From Promethearchaeota archaeon (GTDB lineage: Archaea; Asgardarchaeota; Lokiarchaeia; Sigyniarchaeales; SOKP01): DNA of 64,000 nucleotides. The stretch lies in contig JBHLOI010000001.1 of NCBI GenBank assembly GCA_048940645.1, positions 1 through 64,000 on the forward strand. Reading direction: 5' to 3'. Under the pieces are notes generated by a model. That model worked only from the letters and a program-made list of their open reading frames with translations. It did not search any database and had not been told where the DNA came from. The translations under genes and the position numbers were made by a program. How positions within the stretch are numbered: position 1 is the stretch's first letter; each line of letters starts with the position of its first letter. Shown here piece by piece: positions 62,137 to 64,000 of this stretch.

Positions 62137-63096
62137 TTATGAGAAAATATAATTATCAATATTATTATCCATTTCTAATACTTCATTTATCATCATCAAC
62201 AATTCTTCATGATTGAACTTATCTACATTTATAAACTTATTTGCTAATTCATAATATTTATGATAAATTTCACGCTCTACTAAATTTTTTAATTTAGAAC
62301 TAAAAGAATAAAGATAAGAATAAACCTCCTTATATTGCCCATGAGTTACTGATCCTTTAGCTAAAACCAAATTTAGTGATTCCTTTGCTTGGCTTAAGTA
62401 ATATCGTAATTTAGCTTTTCTTTCCTCTATTTCATTTATTAATGTTTTTGCACTTTTCTGGAATTCCACTAATGTATTTTTATCTAATAATTTCTCACTA
62501 ATGTTGATTATATCTTGGCATTTCTCGAGCTTTTTGAGTAAAATGATTTCCTTTTCAAAATTTTTTATTAGCTCATCTCTTTCTATTCTAAGTCTTTCTA
62601 TCTCATCCTTTATTTTTATAGAAATTTCTCCCTTTTGATCCCATATAGACTTTAAAATATCCCCGCGTTTCTCTATAATAAAATTTGGATCTAAAATACC
62701 TTTTTGAGATAACATTATTTCATTTATATCTTTATTAAAATTCTCGAATAAATCGCGGTTTACTTGATTTTCTTCAAACAAATCTTTATATTGTAACATA
62801 AGAGCGGTAATTTTTGGATTTAATTTACTGATATTTTTGCTGTCTTCTTTATCAGCTATTAAAATAAGATCAATTGAAAGTTCTGGAATTTGGGAAATAT
62901 AAGCATTAACTTCTCCTAATCCGACTGTTTTTAACTCATCTTTTTTATCGGACATGACTCCAGAAATAAACGCCTTCAATGCAGTATAAAAAGAGCCAAA
63001 CATATCCATATGTTTTTTATCCTTAACTTGAAAATCTTTATCGTATAAGAGTATTCCCGAATCAGATCGATAAAGAAATAAAAAGTAAAGCAACAA
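62137..63096 (-). CDS. Longin-like domain protein with C-terminal coiled-coil/helical region
   Basis: N-terminal LYFLFLY..DSGILLYDKDF...MFGSFYTALKAF...ELKTVGLG...LILIAD pattern resembling Asgard longin domains. Confidence 0.65.
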   Translation of the reverse strand: MLLYFLFLYRSDSGILLYDKDFQVKDKKHMDMFGSFYTALKAFISGVMSDKKDELKTVGLGEVNAYISQIPELSIDLILIADKEDSKNISKLNPKITALMLQYKDLFEENQVNRDLFENFNKDINEIMLSQKGILDPNFIIEKRGDILKSIWDQKGEISIKIKDEIERLRIERDELIKNFEKEIILLKKLEKCQDIINISEKLLDKNTLVEFQKSAKTLINEIEERKAKLRYYLSQAKESLNLVLAKGSVTHGQYKEVYSYLYSFSSKLKNLVEREIYHKYYELANKFINVDKFNHEELLMMINEVLEMDNNIDNYIFS

Positions 63097-63256
63097 AATG
63101 ACCTCTCTATGGTGATATCTTAAAAAATGTTAATTTTTAATACTTATATTTCAATTACTTCTTGATATTATAAATATAATAAGAAATATTTATTCTACCT
63201 TTATTCCATAACTTTAAATTTTATAATTTTTCAAATAAATATCTAAATGAAATAAT

Positions 63257-63370
63257 ATGTTGATTTGTAGAAATTGTGGTATGATAATTGATGGGAACAA
63301 TGAAGGATATCTTTTCTGCCGTTCTTGTAATAAGATTACATATTTTATATCATATAGATTTAAGTGATAA
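63257..63370 (+). CDS. Zinc-finger microprotein, candidate selenoprotein: MLICRNCGMIIDGNNEGYLFCRSCNKITYFISYRFK(U)
   Basis: ATG at 63257, Cx2C-x13-Cx2C, TGA at 63365-63367 immediately followed by TAA at 63368-63370; TGA aligns with Cys of the downstream paralog; SECIS-like hairpin follows. Confidence 0.65.
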
Positions 63371-63403
63371 AAAGTATAATTTAAAAAGAATTTTGAAAAT
63401 AGA

Positions 63404-63439
63404 ATGAAGCTTGCATTAAAATATTAGATGCAAGTTGAC
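63404..63439 (+). ncRNA. Eukaryote-like SECIS element candidate (cis-acting 3'-UTR structure)
   Basis: AUGA + AGCUUGCAU / loop UAAAAUAUUAG / AUGCAAGUU + GAC: 9-bp helix (one G-U) closed by AUGA...GA tandem G-A core, with an A-run at the 5' side of the loop. Confidence 0.65.
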
Positions 63440-63440
63440 G

Positions 63441-63461
63441 ACCCTGCGAGGGTGCTTTTTT
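63441..63461 (+). terminator. GC-rich mini-hairpin plus T-tract (possible transcript end)
   Basis: ACCCT-GCG-AGGGT followed by GCTTTTTT immediately 3' of the SECIS-like hairpin. Confidence 0.4.
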
Positions 63462-63583
63462 GACCTAATTTATGAAATATTACTATTTCTTAAAATTTGA
63501 GTTATCTAGTTAAGATATTAATATAGAACTATTTCTGTATTAAAATAAGAACTTTTTAAAAGTCAATTCTTTATTCATTTAGT

Positions 63584-63748
63584 ATGAAGGTAGTGGCATG
63601 TAAAGAATGTGGATTCTCCATTGAAAATAAGGATCCTGGAGTTTATTATTGCGAAAATTGCGCTAAAAATAAGAAATTTTTTACAGTTCAAGCTTTTTGC
63701 GGCGCAAAACCTGATAGTGAACTCTATGAACATGAAGAAGCTTCATAA
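63584..63748 (+). CDS. Zinc-finger microprotein (54 aa), Cys-containing paralog: MKVVACKECGFSIENKDPGVYYCENCAKNKKFFTVQAFCGAKPDSELYEHEEAS
   Basis: Manually translated; identical Cx2C-x13-Cx2C spacing to the upstream micro-ORF plus a fifth Cys. Confidence 0.75.
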   Translation: MKVVACKECGFSIENKDPGVYYCENCAKNKKFFTVQAFCGAKPDSELYEHEEAS

Positions 63749-63831
63749 AAGTTAAAAAAAGTATCCTTTTTCTTTTGATTTTTAATTTTATTGTGCAATA
63801 ATATTTTATTAAACCGCTCTTTCCTTATACT

Positions 63832-64000
63832 ATGACAGAAGCGTTATATATGGACGACTCCTATCTTAAGAAATGGGATGCGAGTGTTGTTAGTGTAAAG
63901 GAAGGTAAATACATCGTGCTAGATAAAACTGCATTTTACCCTAAGGGAGGAGGCCAACCTTGGGATGAAGGTTATATTGGTAAAAATGGTAATATGTTCA
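63832..64000 (+). CDS. alaX: Alanyl-tRNA editing protein AlaX (N-terminal fragment, runs off the window)
   Basis: MTEALYMDDSYLKKWDASV...IVLDKTAFYPKGGGQPWDEG. Confidence 0.85.
   Translation, partial: MTEALYMDDSYLKKWDASVVSVKEGKYIVLDKTAFYPKGGGQPWDEGYIGKNGNMF

Noticed and set aside
63236-63256. In-frame TGA at 63248-63250 upstream of the micro-ORF as a second Sec codon
   Set aside because: An in-frame TAA lies at 63236-63238 with no ATG/GTG/TTG in between, and the paralog starts at about the same position as ATG 63257.
1-64000. CRISPR arrays, transposases, integrases, rRNA or tRNA genes
   Set aside because: No spaced repeats, mobile-element ORFs or extended GC-rich structured RNA segments were seen by eye; tRNAscan-SE and Infernal were not run.

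Overview
Low-GC (visually about 30%), gene-dense archaeal chromosomal window, most consistent with an Asgard archaeon of the Lokiarchaeia (Promethearchaeota). This placement is inferred from a longin-like protein, an SDS22-type LRR protein, a NosD-type surface protein, an IPGF sorting tail, GGTGA ribosome-binding sites and frequent TTG starts. The left half (3.6-34.9 kb) holds an almost complete citric-acid-cycle gene set: icd, aclBA (ATP-citrate lyase), sucCD, korAB, anchor-less sdhAB, fumC, citrate synthase and two aconitases. No malate dehydrogenase is present, and an FMN 2-hydroxyacid dehydrogenase sits between fumC and citrate synthase. Carbohydrate and sulfate-ester genes are interspersed. 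The right half encodes SCP2-led redox modules, a MacB-type ABC transporter, and an operon of an orphan MvhG-like subunit, a radical SAM enzyme, an ICMT-like protein and a fused SufS-like enzyme. It also has a divergent glutamate dehydrogenase and eukaryotic-signature proteins. The most striking signal is missing from the ORF track. At 63.26-63.75 kb two tandem paralogous Cx2C-x13-Cx2C micro-ORFs occur. The first ends TGA-TAA, its TGA aligns without gaps to a Cys of the second, and it is followed 36 nt later by a eukaryote-like AUGA/GA SECIS hairpin. This makes it a candidate new micro-selenoprotein. sucC appears to start at a non-canonical ATT codon. No rRNA, tRNA, CRISPR array or mobile element was recognised.
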